Shown: piece by piece, positions 39,528-52,409 of the stretch
Layout of the letters: each line of letters opens with the position of its first letter
Position numbering within the stretch: position 1 is the stretch's first letter
Notes under the pieces: generated by a model
The model's input: only the letters and a program-made list of their open reading frames with translations
Told to the model about the DNA's origin: nothing
Database searches by the model: none
Source of the DNA: Heptranchias perlo
Lineage: Eukaryota
Length of the DNA stretch: 64,000 bases
Direction of reading: 5' to 3'
Assembly: GCF_035084215.1 (NCBI RefSeq)
Contig: NC_090336.1
Location: 28,954,001-29,018,000 of the forward strand
Translations under genes and position numbers: made by a program

Positions 39528-42500
39528 GACAGAAAATATCTGGCAGACATACAGAAAATCTACGTATTTCTTTCTTGCAGGTAATCCCGCCAACAGCATA
39601 GTTTAATGTAGCCAGACAATTAATATTACACATTTCAGACTTTCAGGGAGAGGTTTCTTTTAAACTAGCAAAATGACAATTAAACCTGATAGTTTAAAAA
39701 GTTTCATTTTTCAGCAGAGCTTCCAGATGGAAAACAGTTCATCCAATATTTCAAGTGAGGTTGTCCATGCAACTCAGATTTTTATCCTGAATCACAGTTA
39801 CGAGGATTTGAAACTGAGCTACATAGCACGTTTCGAACTATACCAATCCATTTTCTATTATTCTCTTTATTCTGTTCAACACTTGGGGTATACTGGTACA
39901 TTATGATCAGTGGTTCACACCTCCACAGAACACAGCTAGGGCTATTGTTAGTTAAATCATCAAGACTGCAGTTGATTCAGTTTAATCACCCTACCTAATA
40001 TCCATTTTATTTTCTTTCAGGAGGTTATGTTAGCACCCCTTAATCAGTTTTCCAACCCCAACCCCAACCCCAAACACACACATTTTGGTCTAATTTGCAT
40101 TTCACTCCAGTCTCACTACACCTGAACTATTAAATAGAGTCAGTTTGAAGGAAAATGCAAACATTAAGCAGACCAATGTGCTGGCAGTGATTGGAAACTG
40201 AGAAAATCTACCCTCTAGAGTCAAGCTTCTGTAACTACAGATCAAAAACCTGCCAGTCTTGCACAGTCTCCAGTCTCCAGTTTGAAGTGGAGTAAGCAAA
40301 GGCAACTTAACTCTAGCTATTTCCAAAACATATTTACCATGTCATAAAAACTACAGTCATAAAAAATGAACAAAGTCTCCCAAATTGTTAGTTACTTTTT
40401 GTCTGTTCTTACTCTTCAGAAATCCAATTCTCAGAAATTCAAGGAAACATTTTCTCCTCAGCCTTTGGTTTTTGGTTTTCACCATCTAAAATTTCTTTCT
40501 TTCCATCCTCATACTGGGTAATAAAAAGCCATGTATTCAAAGTGCAAACATCAGGTTATAAAATCTGAAGCTTGCAATTTACTCAACTGATAGCCGTCGG
40601 ATTGCCTACTGTTACCCTTGTATAAGGTCTTTAAGCGCATGGCTCCTTCTATTGCTTTCCCAGTTGAATTCATAATTTAAAAGAATTATTCAAAGAATAA
40701 TTGACTTCAAGGAATTCAATTTGAAGTTTGTAATGCAAGCTTGCATTTTATTTATCAGAAACATCTAAAACATAGATATTTAAATGAACATGGGTTTACA
40801 TATAGTGTAACAGGTCCCCAACGCAGCCCTCCACTGTCATTCCCTCAGAAAGCAGAGGAGTTCCCAGACTCAATGCTATGAGGCCGTTTGTAACACACCA
40901 AACTGTGTGAAAAGTGTTAAGAGCAGGAATAAAAATAGAAAATACATTAGGTCCATCAGTATGAGAAAAGAGAAGAAACATAGGTTAAAAATAATCATTA
41001 GTTATCACTGATCTAGACAAAATGTTAATTTATTTTTTAAAATAGAGCCCCTTCCTTATGCATCAGTCTGTACACCTTAATAATCCTTCCTCATTTACCA
41101 TTGCAATTTATAAAGCAAACAATATTACAAGGTACACATTTCACTTGAACATTGAAATGGTCAAGTCATTTTATCTGATTTTAGAAGATACAAAAAGATA
41201 ATTTTATCCAAATGAATTACCAATACATATCTTAATATTAATGGTTTGAAGTAATCTATTATCCCACATGTCAAGGAGGGGATGTTAGGAAATGAGAAAG
41301 TTAAATCTTACACAATGCATAGGAAATATTCAATTAAAAATTCCAATATGTAGCCTATAGTAGTTGGAAGAATATTAAATGCATCTTCCGCCATCACTTA
41401 CACACACACAAAATTAATTTTGAATTTACGTCTATGCATTGATATATGGTGCCTAAATTAGCTCACTTTGAATCATCTTACATGACAGTCCTAAAGATAT
41501 TGACAACTGAAGGCAGACAGGTTTGTCCAGAACCAACAAAGCACAACACTGAATGAAGTGCAATTAACTCTTACTTGCCAGAGGCCTCAAAGGCTAAATC
41601 ATACACAGAGATGCATTACTTTCAGCAATTCATTTGGGGATATCTGTGATAATACAATTAGAACCATGACAAGCTTTGATATTGATTTTGGTAAGAGTAA
41701 AGTGATTAAAAACAAATCTAAACCATTATAAACACATCAATACACTGAATTGTACGTATCACAATATCTCAGCACTAGCTGGATGTGGGAAAATGGATTT
41801 TTGCATGTATTGAATTTTTAAAACTTAATATTTTGTACTGCAGGAAACCACCTAAGAGGTTAACTCCTAAGATCTCAAAAAGGATTTCTTAAAAGAACAT
41901 AGTAGTTCAGTTCCAAATAAGCTGGCTACAGTGGTCTTGATAAGGCTGGGGACAATTCTAGGTTCAAGGTGTCAATTGGATGGAGCTATCACATTCAATG
42001 ACTTAGGCTGTTATCAGAGATTGCTCTCATTCAAAATTGATGAATGCCTGTTTGTTCTAATGAAATCATAAGAGGTGTATCATCTGTTGCTTTGGTGTCA
42101 GGATGGCCACAAACAACCCAGACACAGATCAAATGACAGGTCCCATGTTGGGATAGAGACTTTGACAGCTGTTCAAAAGCTGACCTTTTCAAAAGTGAGT
42201 AGGGTCACTGATTGGCCTGAGTTGCCAGCTCAGCAGCTAGAGCACGCCTCTCACAGAATTCTATTGGGAATCAGCGAGCAGTCAATCGGTGAATCTTGCA
42301 GCCAAGGGTTGCAAGGCTATTTGCTTTTAAAATCAGTGCCAGTCCAGTCAGGGAGGTAAACTAAATAGCATTTACAGTCAGTGGATTTCTGTTTAGAGTC
42401 TATGTTTAGAGAGAAAGCGATTGGCCTCATTATTTTTTATAATATAATTGAGGTGTACAGGAATATATATATATCACTGTTATATTGTTTACTGTTCAAT

Positions 42501-42906
42501 CATATTATGTAAATAAATAAATAAATAACTTGTTGGTCCAAAACTTGTATCTTGATTTGCTAAGTGTATATGCGGGCCACCGTTTGAAAAGGAAAGTCGC
42601 ATGGTGGCTCATGACATATTCCAGTAGCCGATGTGCAGATTAAGGGTTCATTGTTGCAATCCCTGGGTCTCACTATCATTTACCTAAATATTGGACAAAA
42701 AAGACATAGTTGGATGGTAGGAGACACCAGGTCTACTTATAGAGTGGCCAGTGAAACAATAACTGAGAAAATATCTATTGTAATAACCCAAAAAATGACA
42801 CTGGATTTTACTTAATTAGTCAGGGTCCCTAGAATTCTGTGACACTGCAAAGCCAATTCCTGTGGCAAGCCTTACCAAATTGTGCAGTACGTTACCCAAT
42901 TCTCTC

Positions 42907-43022
42907 AACATTTATCAGCAATTTTATTTATAAAACATAATTACAACCATGTCTATATTTACAATCAAACATTAATCAGCAATTTGATTTATAAAACATA
43001 ATTACAACCATGACTATATTTA
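42907..43022. repeat. AT-rich tandem duplication of ~60 bp (two units)
   Basis: aacatt[t/a]atcagcaattt[t/g]atttataaaacataattacaaccatg occurs twice. Confidence 0.85.
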
Positions 43023-45546
43023 ACATTAACTCAACCATTATCATAATCAAATATTGATTGTTTAAAGAAAAGTGCAAGTTGTAACAATTTAAAAACTCAA
43101 CCATTTTTTTACAACTGCTTTTTTTTGCTCAGCCTAAATGTTCATTCTTGTACCTAGAAGCATAGATTACAAAAATAAGGAGGTAATGTTGAATGAACTT
43201 GTACAAGACCTTAGGCTGGAGTTTGATTACTGTGTAGAGTTTTGGACGCTCCCATCATAGAAAGGATATTAAAGCAATGAAAAGGTGCAACATTGATTCA
43301 CTGGGATGAGAAGCTAGGGCTTTTTCGCTAGAACTGAGAAGGTTAAGGTGTGCTCTGAGGTATTCAACATCGTGACGGGTTATAAAAGTAAATACTAATA
43401 GATTGTTTCCAATGGTCAGTGGAATGGTGTTGAGAAGGTACGCTTTTAAGCTAATCACAAATTTAATTAAGGGCAAGTTAGAACAAAGGTTTTTAGTGCA
43501 GCAGGCACAAAGTGAACGACTTGAGAGTTTGGTAAGTGTGGGAGTTCGGTGAAGTGGGGGAATGAGGTGCTGCTTTGCCTTGCTTTCCGCAGAGCAGTGG
43601 CGGACCTGAGCAGCAGAAGACCGAGAACGGGGATAAAAGCAACAGCAGACCTGCAACAAGAGAAAACTGCAGTGTGACGTCACAGGTGAGGCAGGTAAGT
43701 GATTGGTAGTGAATGTGGGCTACGTTTCAAGTTAACATATAGCATATAACTAAATTTTAAAAATTAAACTTAATTTAACTAATCTAATTAAACGAGGTAA
43801 GTAATTTGATTAACACTAAATTGATTAATTAAATAAATAAAATAATGGGAGAACAGGAGATGTATTGCTGCTGCAATATGTGGGAGCTTGTGGACATTTT
43901 TGTACCTAGAAGCATAGATTACAAAAATAAGGAGGTAATGTTGAACAAACTTGTACAAGACCTTAGGCTGGAGTTCATCTACATCTGCAGTAAGTGTCTG
44001 CAGCTCGAGGAACTTCGGCTCCAAGTTGAGGAGCTGGAGTCCGAGCTGCAGATATTGTGCGATATCGGGGGGGGAGAAAGCGACCTGGACATTTTGCTCC
44101 AGGAGGCAGTCACACCCCTTAGATTAACATGTGGTCAGGGACAGGAGGGTGTGACTGCAAGTGAGGCAGTAACGGGGATCCAGGAGGTAGTATTGCAGGA
44201 GCCTCAGTCCCTGCGCTTGTCCAATAGATTTGAGGATCTTGTGGACAAGTGCGGGGACTGCGGGGAGGACGAGCAAGCTGACCACGGCACCGTGGTACAG
44301 GAAGCCATTCAAGTGGGGGGAGTAAAAAGGAAGGTGGTTGTAGTAGGCGACAGTATAGTTAGGGAGAGACACTGTTCTCTGCAGCCAGGAGCATGAGTCC
44401 GAAGGCTATGTTGCCTACCCGGTGCCAGGGTTAAGGACATCTTCTCCGGACTGGAGAAGAACTTGGAGTGGGAGGGGGAGGATCCAGTTGTCGTGGTCCA
44501 TGTAGGTACCAATGACAAAGGTAGGACTAAGAAAAAGGTTCTGCTGAGAGAATTTGAGCAGCTAGGGACCAAATTAAAAAGTAGAACCACAAAGGTAATA
44601 ATCTCTGGATTATTATCTGAGCCACAAGCAAATTGGCACAGGGTCAATAGGATCAGGGAGATGAATGCATGACTCAAAGATTGGTGTGGGAGAAGTGGGT
44701 TTCGATTCGTGGGGCACTGGTACCAGTACTGGGGAAAGAGAGAGCTGTTCCGTTGGGACGGACTACACCTGAACCATGCTGGGACTAGAGTTCTAGTGAA
44801 TCGAATAACTAGGGAGGTAGATAGGGCTTTAAACTAAATAAGGTGGGGGAGGGTCCCGGTGGAGAGAAATCTAGAATGCTAAAGAGAAAAGACAAAGAAG
44901 CAGTGCAGGAAAGTGATTGGGGTGAGGATACCCAGATTGTGTCAGGAGGGGACAGAGCGCACAAACAAAAGACAACAAATAGGGTCCGGGTAAGAAAAAA
45001 TGGTAATAAGACAAATAGGGCCATAGTACATAAAAATGTTAAGATGACTAAAAATGTTAAAAAGACAAATCTAAAGGCACTATATCTGAATGCACGGAGC
45101 ATTCGTAATAAGGTAGACGAATTAACAGCACAAATAGATGTAAACGGATATGATATAATAGCAATTACAGAGACATGCTGCAGGGTGACCAAGGCTGGGA
45201 GCTGAAAATCCAAGGGTATTCGATATTTGGGAAGGACAGGCAAAAAGGAAAAGGAGGTGGGGTGGCTTTGTTAGTAAAGGATGAAATCAGAGCAATAGTG
45301 AGAAAGGACATTGGCTCAGAAAATTAAGATGTAGAATCAGTCTGGGTGAAGTTAAGAAGCACCAAGGCGCAGAAAACACTGGTGCGGGTTGTCTATATGC
45401 CTCCAAACAGTAGTGGTAATGTAGGGGATGGCACCAAACAGGAAATTAGAGATGCATGTAACAAGGGTACTACAGTAATTATGGGGGACTTCAATCTTCA
45501 TATAGACTGGCCAAACCAAATTAGCAAAACTACTGTGGAGGATAAA

Positions 45547-48059
45547 GTAGTATAGTGGTTATGTTACTGGACTAGTAATCCAGAAGCCTGGACTAATAAT
45601 CTGGAGTCTATGAGTTCAAATCTCTGCTATAGCAGCTGAGGAATTTAAATTCAATTAATTAAATACAATCTGGAATTTAAAAAACTAGTATCAGTAATGG
45701 TGGCCATGAAGCTACCGGATTGTCGTAAAAACCCATCTGGTTCACTAATGCCCTTTAGGGAAGGAAACCTGCTGTCCTTACCTGGTCTGGCCTATATGTG
45801 ACTCCAGACCACAACAATGTGGTTGATTCTTAATTGCCCTCTGAAATGGCCTAGCAAGCCACTCAGTTGTAAAATCTCGCTTAAGAAAAAGTCAAAATAA
45901 GAATAAAACCGGACGGACCACCCGGCACCGGATACGACAAATGCAAACCAAGCCCAGTTGACCCTGCAAAGTCCTCCTCACTAACATCTGGGGACTTGTG
46001 CCAAAATTGGGAGAGCTGTCCCACAGACAAGTCAAGCAACAGCCTGACATAGCCATACTCACAGAATCATACCTTTCAGCCAACGTCCCAGACTCTTCCA
46101 TCACCATCCCTGGATATGTCCTGTCCCACCGGCAGGACAGACTGACCAGAGGTGGCGGTACAGTGATATACAGTCAGGAGGGAGGGGCCCTGGGAGTCCT
46201 CAACATTGACTCTGGACCCCATGAAATCTCATGGCAATTCTGCTGCTGCTGATGGCCCACAGTGCCTTATGGATGCCCAGTTTTGAGCTGCTAGATCTGT
46301 TCTGAATCTATCCCATTTAACACGGTGATGGTGCCACTCAACACGTTGTGATGGTGTCCTCAGTGCAGACGGGACTTCGTCTCCACGAGGACTGTGCGGT
46401 GGTCACTCCAAGGCATCAGGTCAAATATGGGCAAGGAAACCTCCTGCTGATTACCACCTACTGTCCTCCCTCAGCTGATGAATCAGTCCTCCATGTTGAG
46501 AAGCACTGAGGGTTGCAAGGGCACAGAATGTAGTCTGGGTGGGAGACTTCAATGCCCATCGTCAAGAGTGGCTTGGTAGCACCACTACTGACCAAGCTGG
46601 CCGAGTCCTGAAGAACGTAGCTGCGAGACTGGACCTGCGGCAGGCGAGTGAGCGATCCAACACGAGAGAAAAACCTACTCGACCTCGTCCTCACCAATCT
46701 ACCTGTCGCAAATGCATCTGTCCATGGCAGTATTGGTAGGAGTGACCACCGCACAGTCCTCGTGGAGACGAAGTCCCGTCTTCGCAATGAGGACACCATC
46801 CAACGTGTTGTGTGGCACTATCACCGTGCTAAATGGGATAGATTCAGAACAGATCTAGCAGCTCAAAACTGGGCATCCATGAGGCATTGTGGGCCATCAG
46901 CAGCAGCAGAATTGTATTCCAGCACAATCTGTAACGTCATGGCCCAGCATATTCTTCACTCTACCATTACCAACAAGCCAGGGGATCAACCCTGGTTCAA
47001 TGAGGAGTGTAGAAGAGCATGCCAGGAGCAGCACCAGGTGTACCTAAAAATGAGGTGCCAACTTGGTGAAGATACAACTCAGGACTACATGCATGGTAAA
47101 CAGCGGAAGCAACATGCTATCGACAGAGCTAAGCGATTCCACAACCAACGGATCAGATCAAAGTTCTGCAGTCCTGCCACATCCAGTCGTGAATGGTGGT
47201 GGACAATTAAATAACGGGAGGAGGAGGCTCTATAAACATCCCCATCCTCAATGATGGCGGAGTCCAGCACGTGAGTGCAAAAGACAAGGCTGAGGCGTTT
47301 GCAACCATCTTCAGCCAGAAGTGCCGAGTGGATGATCCATCTCAGCCTCCTCCCGATATCCCCACCATCACAGAAGCCAGTCTTCAGCTAATTCGATTAA
47401 TTCCATGTGATATCAAGGAACAGCTGAGTGCACTGGATACAGCAAAGGCTACTCACCAATAACCTGCTCACCGATGCTCAGTTTGGGTTCCGCCAGGATC
47501 ACTTGGCTCCAGACCTCATTACAGCCTTGGTCCAAACATGGACAAAAGAGCTGAATTCCAGAGATGAGGTGAGAGTGACTGCCCTTGACATCAAGGCAGC
47601 ATTTGACCGAGTGTGGCACCAAGAAGCCCTAGTAAAATTGAAGTCAATGGGAATCAGAGGGAAAACTCTACAGTGGTTGGAATCATACCTAGCACAAAGG
47701 AAGATGGTAGTGGTTGTTGGAGGCTAATCATCTTAACCCCAGGACATTGCTGCAGGAGTTCCTCAGGGCAGTGTCCTCAGCCCAACCATCTTCAGCTGCT
47801 TCATCAATGACCTTCCCTCCATCATAAGATCAGAAATGGGGATGTTCGCTGATGATTGCACAGTGTTCAGTTCAATTTGCAACCCCTTAGATAATGAAGC
47901 AGTTCATGCCCGCGTGCAGCAAGACCTGGACCACATCCAGGCTTGGGCTCATAAGTGGCAAGTAATATTTGCGCCAGACAAGTGCCAGATAATGACCATC
48001 TCCAACAAAAGAGAGACTAACCACCTCCCCTTGACATTCAACAGCATCACCATCACCAT
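45547..48059 (+). mobile_element. 5'-complete copy of the second LINE family: tRNA/SINE-type head followed by a single EN-RT ORF (decayed, 3'-truncated)
   Basis: Head 45547-45875 is homologous to the SINE at 18478-18904. EN starts at KVLLTNIWGL (~45968), with GDFN and SDH. RT motifs DIKAAFD, GVPQGSVL and FADD. Confidence 0.9.
45548..45622 (+). promoter_or_regulatory. RNA polymerase III type-2 internal promoter (A box and B box)
   Basis: A box TAGTATAGTGG (45548-58) and B box GTTCAAATC (45614-22), both matching the consensus with tRNA-like spacing. Confidence 0.7.
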
Positions 48060-48218
48060 CTATCTTGTTATGGTCACTCTACCCTAAAGGACCCCGCACA
48101 ACAAGATTATTAATTAACCCCTTCTCATTCCATCTACAAGGCACATGGAATGAGAAGGGGTTAATTAATAATCTTGTTGTGCGGGGTCCTTTAGGGTAGA
48201 GTGACCATAACAAGATAG
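48060..48218. repeat. Perfect inverted repeat, 74-bp arms, 11-nt spacer
   Basis: 48060-48133 is the exact reverse complement of 48145-48218. Confidence 0.97.
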
Positions 48219-50360
48219 AATTCTTCACTAAGATGGAAACTGAAGTAGTCCAATCCGAAACTAGGGTCCTAAATCTGAACAAAGGAAACTACGATGGTAT
48301 GAGGAGTGAGTTGGCTATGATAGATTGGGGAGCTTCATTAAAAGGCATGACGGTGGATAGGCAATGGCTAACATTTAAGGAACAAATGCATGAATGCAAC
48401 AATTATACATTCCTTTCTGGCGCAAAAACACAAAAGGAAAAGCAGCCCAAACATGGCTAACAAAAGAAATTAAGGATAGTATTAGATCCAAAGAGGAGTC
48501 ATATAAAATTGCCAGAAAAAGTAGCAAGCCTGTGGATTGGGATCAATTTAGAATTCAGCAAAAAAGGACCAAGAGATTGATTAAGAGGGGAAAAATAGAG
48601 TATGAGAGTAAACTTGCAAGGAACATAAAAGTGGACTATAAAAGCTTCTACAAGTATGTAAAAAGAAAAAGATCAGTGAAGACAAATGTAGGTCCCTTAC
48701 CTTCAGAAACTGGAGAATTTATAATGGGGAACAGGGAAATGGCAGAGCAATTAAACAAATACTTTGGTTCTGTCTTCACGGAAGAGGACACAAATAACTT
48801 CCCAGAAATGCTAGAGAACCAAGGATCGAGTGAGAAGGAGGAATTAAAGGAAATTAGTATCAGTAAAAAAAAATAGTGCTGGAGAAATTAATGGGACTGA
48901 AAGCCGATAAATCCCCAGGGCCTGATAATCTGCATCCCAGAGTACTAAAAGAAGTAGCCATGGAAATAGCGGATGCATTGGTTGTCATCTTCCAAAATTC
49001 TATAGATTATGGAACAGTTCCTGCAGATTGGAGGGTGGCAAATGTAACCCCACTATTTAAAAAAAGAGGGAGAGAGAAAACAGGGAACTACAGACCGGTT
49101 AGTGTAACATCAGTAGTAGGGAAAATGCTAGAGTCCATTATAAAGGATGTGATAACAGGACATTTAGAAAATATCAACGGGATTAGACAAAGTCAACATA
49201 GATTGATGAAAGGGAAATCATATTTGACAAACCTACTCGAGTTTTTTGAGGATGTAACTGGTAGAATAAATAAGGGAGAACCAGTGGATGTGGTGTATTT
49301 GGATTTTCAGAAGGCCTTTGATAAAGTCCCACATGAGAGGTTAGTGTGCAAAATTAAAGCACATGGGATTGGGGGTAATATACTGGCATGGATTAAAAAT
49401 TGGTTAATAGACAGGAAACAGAGTCGGAATAAATGGTTCTTTTTCGGGGTGGCAGGCAGTGACTAGTGGCGTACCACAGGGATCAGTGCTTGGGCCCCAG
49501 CTATTCACAATATATATCAATGATTTGGATGAGGGAACCAAATGTAATATTTCCAAGTTTGCTGGGATCGTGAGTTGTGAGGAGGATGCAAAGAGGCTTC
49601 AAGGCGATTTAGACAAGCTGAGTGAGTGGGCAAATACATGGCAGATGCAGTATAACGTGGATAAATGTGAAGTTATCTACTTCGGAAGGAAAAACAGAAA
49701 GGCAGAGTATTAATTAAATGGTGATAGATTGGGGAATGTTGATGTACAAAGGGACCTGGGTGTCCTTGTACACCAGTCACTGAAAGCAAATATGCAGGTG
49801 CAGCAAGCAGTTAGGAAGGCAAATGGTATGTTGGCCTTCATTACAAGAGGATTTGAGAATAGGAGCAAAAATGTTTTACTGCAGTTATACAGGGCCTTGG
49901 TGAGACCACACCTGGAGTATTGTGTGCAGTTTTGGTCTCCTTACCTAAGAAAGGATATACTTGCCATAGAGGGAGTGCAGCGAAGGTTCACCAGACTGAC
50001 TCCTGGGATGGCAGGACTGTCGTATGAGGAGAGATTGGGTCGACTTGGCCTGTATTCACTTGAGTTTAGAAGACTGCGGAGAGATCTCATTGAAACATAT
50101 AAAATTCTGACAGGGCTAGACAGACTGGATGCAGGGAGGATATTTCTCCTGGCTGGGGGATCCAGAATGAGGAGTCACAGTCTCAGGATACGGGGTAGGA
50201 CATTTAGGACTGAGATGAGGAGAAATTTCTTCACTCAGAGGGTGGTGATCCTGTGGAATTCTCTACCACAGAAGGCTGTGGAGGCCAAGTCACTGAATAT
50301 ATTTAAGTAGGAGCTAGATAGATTCCTAGACAAGGGCTATGGGGAGAGAGCGGGAATATG

Positions 50361-52409
50361 GGGCTCGATTTTCGCACCCCCAAACGGGTGCATTCGTGGC
50401 GGGGGGCTGCAAAAATTGGGGATTCCCGGGGCGGGTCTGGAGCCCGGCTCCAACCCGCCCACTTCCGGGTTCCCCAGTGACGCGCTGACCTGCGCGCGCA
50501 GCCCCCGCATGTGGGACTCCCGCCGGCAACTAAAGCCAGCGCGGTTCCACTTAAAGTACTCATTAAGGTATTTCAGGTCGTTTAGAGACCTGATTAACAT
50601 GACATTTTAGGAGGGGTGGGATTTTGCAAACAACTAGGACTGTTTCCCGTACTGGGGGAAACACTCCCAGTTCAAATGGACGTGTTGCAGCCATCAGCCT
50701 GTGGCAGCTGCGAAAGTCCATTTGACAGGTGGGGGGTGGAGACCCTCACTCATTGCAGGAGGCCACTCTGTCACTTGGGACAAAGTTTGGCCTCCACCAC
50801 CCTCCTCCTAACAATAAAATTCACCAACTTGCACACTTACCCCAGTGTCCAGACACATGTACCTACCTTGCGGACCCCCTCAAATGTACATCTTCCGGAT
50901 GGGGGCCTCCATAGCTGCAGTCATGACCTCCTCGGAGGACGAACAGCATCACCAGCCTCGCCAGCCACGCCGTCCACCTCTGACACGTGGAGCTCCACAA
51001 CACAGTGCTGTGACACATCCACCTGAACAGCAGGAGGGAGGGCAACCGCAGAGAGAGATGCGTCGCAGATGGCACTATCCTCGCCACAGGGTCTACAGAC
51101 TGAGGCTCAGCTTCCTGAACCTCCCTGAGCAGCATTGCACACGGAGGCTCAGAGTCATTCAACATGTAGTCGTGGACATCTGCAGCCTCCTTCATGCCGA
51201 GCTGCTCCCGGCTGGCCCGAGCACCATCTTCTTACCTGTCGCTGTCAAAGTCGCCACTGCCCTCAACAACTTCTCCTCCGCATCCTTCCAGGGTGCCACC
51301 GGGGACATCGCCGACGTCTCTCAGTCATCTGCATAAAGGAGCCCTGCAAATACATCTACACCCACTATGCAGTGACACAATGGGTGGGATCAGTTGTGGG
51401 TCTTCATAGTGATCCTCAGGAAAGGGCATTATTGCACAAACCAGACAAGATTTGCAGAGATATGGCAGTGGTGGTGACAATATAATATGTAATGTGAGTT
51501 AATCAGAAATTAATTATAGGTAAACACCATGACAAACCCTCAAACACCCTTGTGCATCCCCTTCATGCTCACGACACGTTTGCCTTACGCTGCCTACTGC
51601 ACATATGTGATGCATGCCCTGTGGCTGCAGCACAGGTAGTGGCAGGTTGAGTGAGGCTGGCCGTGAAAGAGATGCATGAGAGGGTGAGTATGAGATAGAG
51701 CCATGAGATTGTATGAGGATTGGGTTGAGTGGTAGTGGTGGGATGAGTACTGGCGAGGTGAGTAAGTGCAGGTAAGATGAGGATGAGGTTTGAGTGGGTG
51801 TGAGGGGTGATGTGATAGAGTAGTGTTGGCAGTGCAGAAGGAGTTGTGGGGTGGGGGCGGTGATGTGGCAGACGGAGTGTAGGGGAATGAGTAAGTGGAC
51901 TCACTTCGGCTGACCTACTTAGATCATTGAAGCGCCTCCTGCACTGTATGCAGGTGCGCGATATGTTGGTGGTGCAGGTGACCTCCTCTGCCACCTCGAG
52001 CCAGGCCTTCTTGGTGGCAGAGGCAGGCCGCTTCCTCCCGCCCGCCGGGGGGAAGATCTCTGTCCTCCCCCTCCTCCTCACCCCATCTAATGATACCTGG
52101 AGTGAGGCATCATTAAACTGGGGGCAGCCTTCCCCCTGGGCTGCTTCATGCTGTAATTTTTCCTATTTGTTGCAGCATCAGTCAGTGGAGGACTGCCCCT
52201 TTAAATAGAGCTCCTCCAGCTGACAGTCTATGCTGCGCATGCGCAGTTTGCCCACTGTGCAGCTTTCCAGCGGGAAACCCGGATGCACAGTTAAGTGGAT
52301 CCAATTAGCCTGCAATTCCGTGCGGAGCACCCCGATTTCACTGGGCGCGTTACCCACGCGCCCAGTCGACCCCCCGCTGCGAACCCACTGCCCTCCTGAT
52401 ATTGGGCCC
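50361..52409 (+). mobile_element. Non-autonomous Harbinger (~2.05 kb) inserted in the CR1 3' end
   Basis: TIRs GGGCTCGATTTT / ATATTGGGCCC, TSD ATG (50358-60 and 52410-12). Transposase N-terminus 50845..51336; Myb remnant on -. Confidence 0.92.

Noticed and set aside
41834-42843. Possible solo LTR (internal AATAAA repeats, ends in TGTGACA)
   Set aside because: No convincing TG start with a TSD and no second copy in the window.
45547-45635. Functional tRNA gene
   Set aside because: A/B boxes are present, but I could not fold a cloverleaf, there is no T-run terminator, and it is continuous with a retroelement body.
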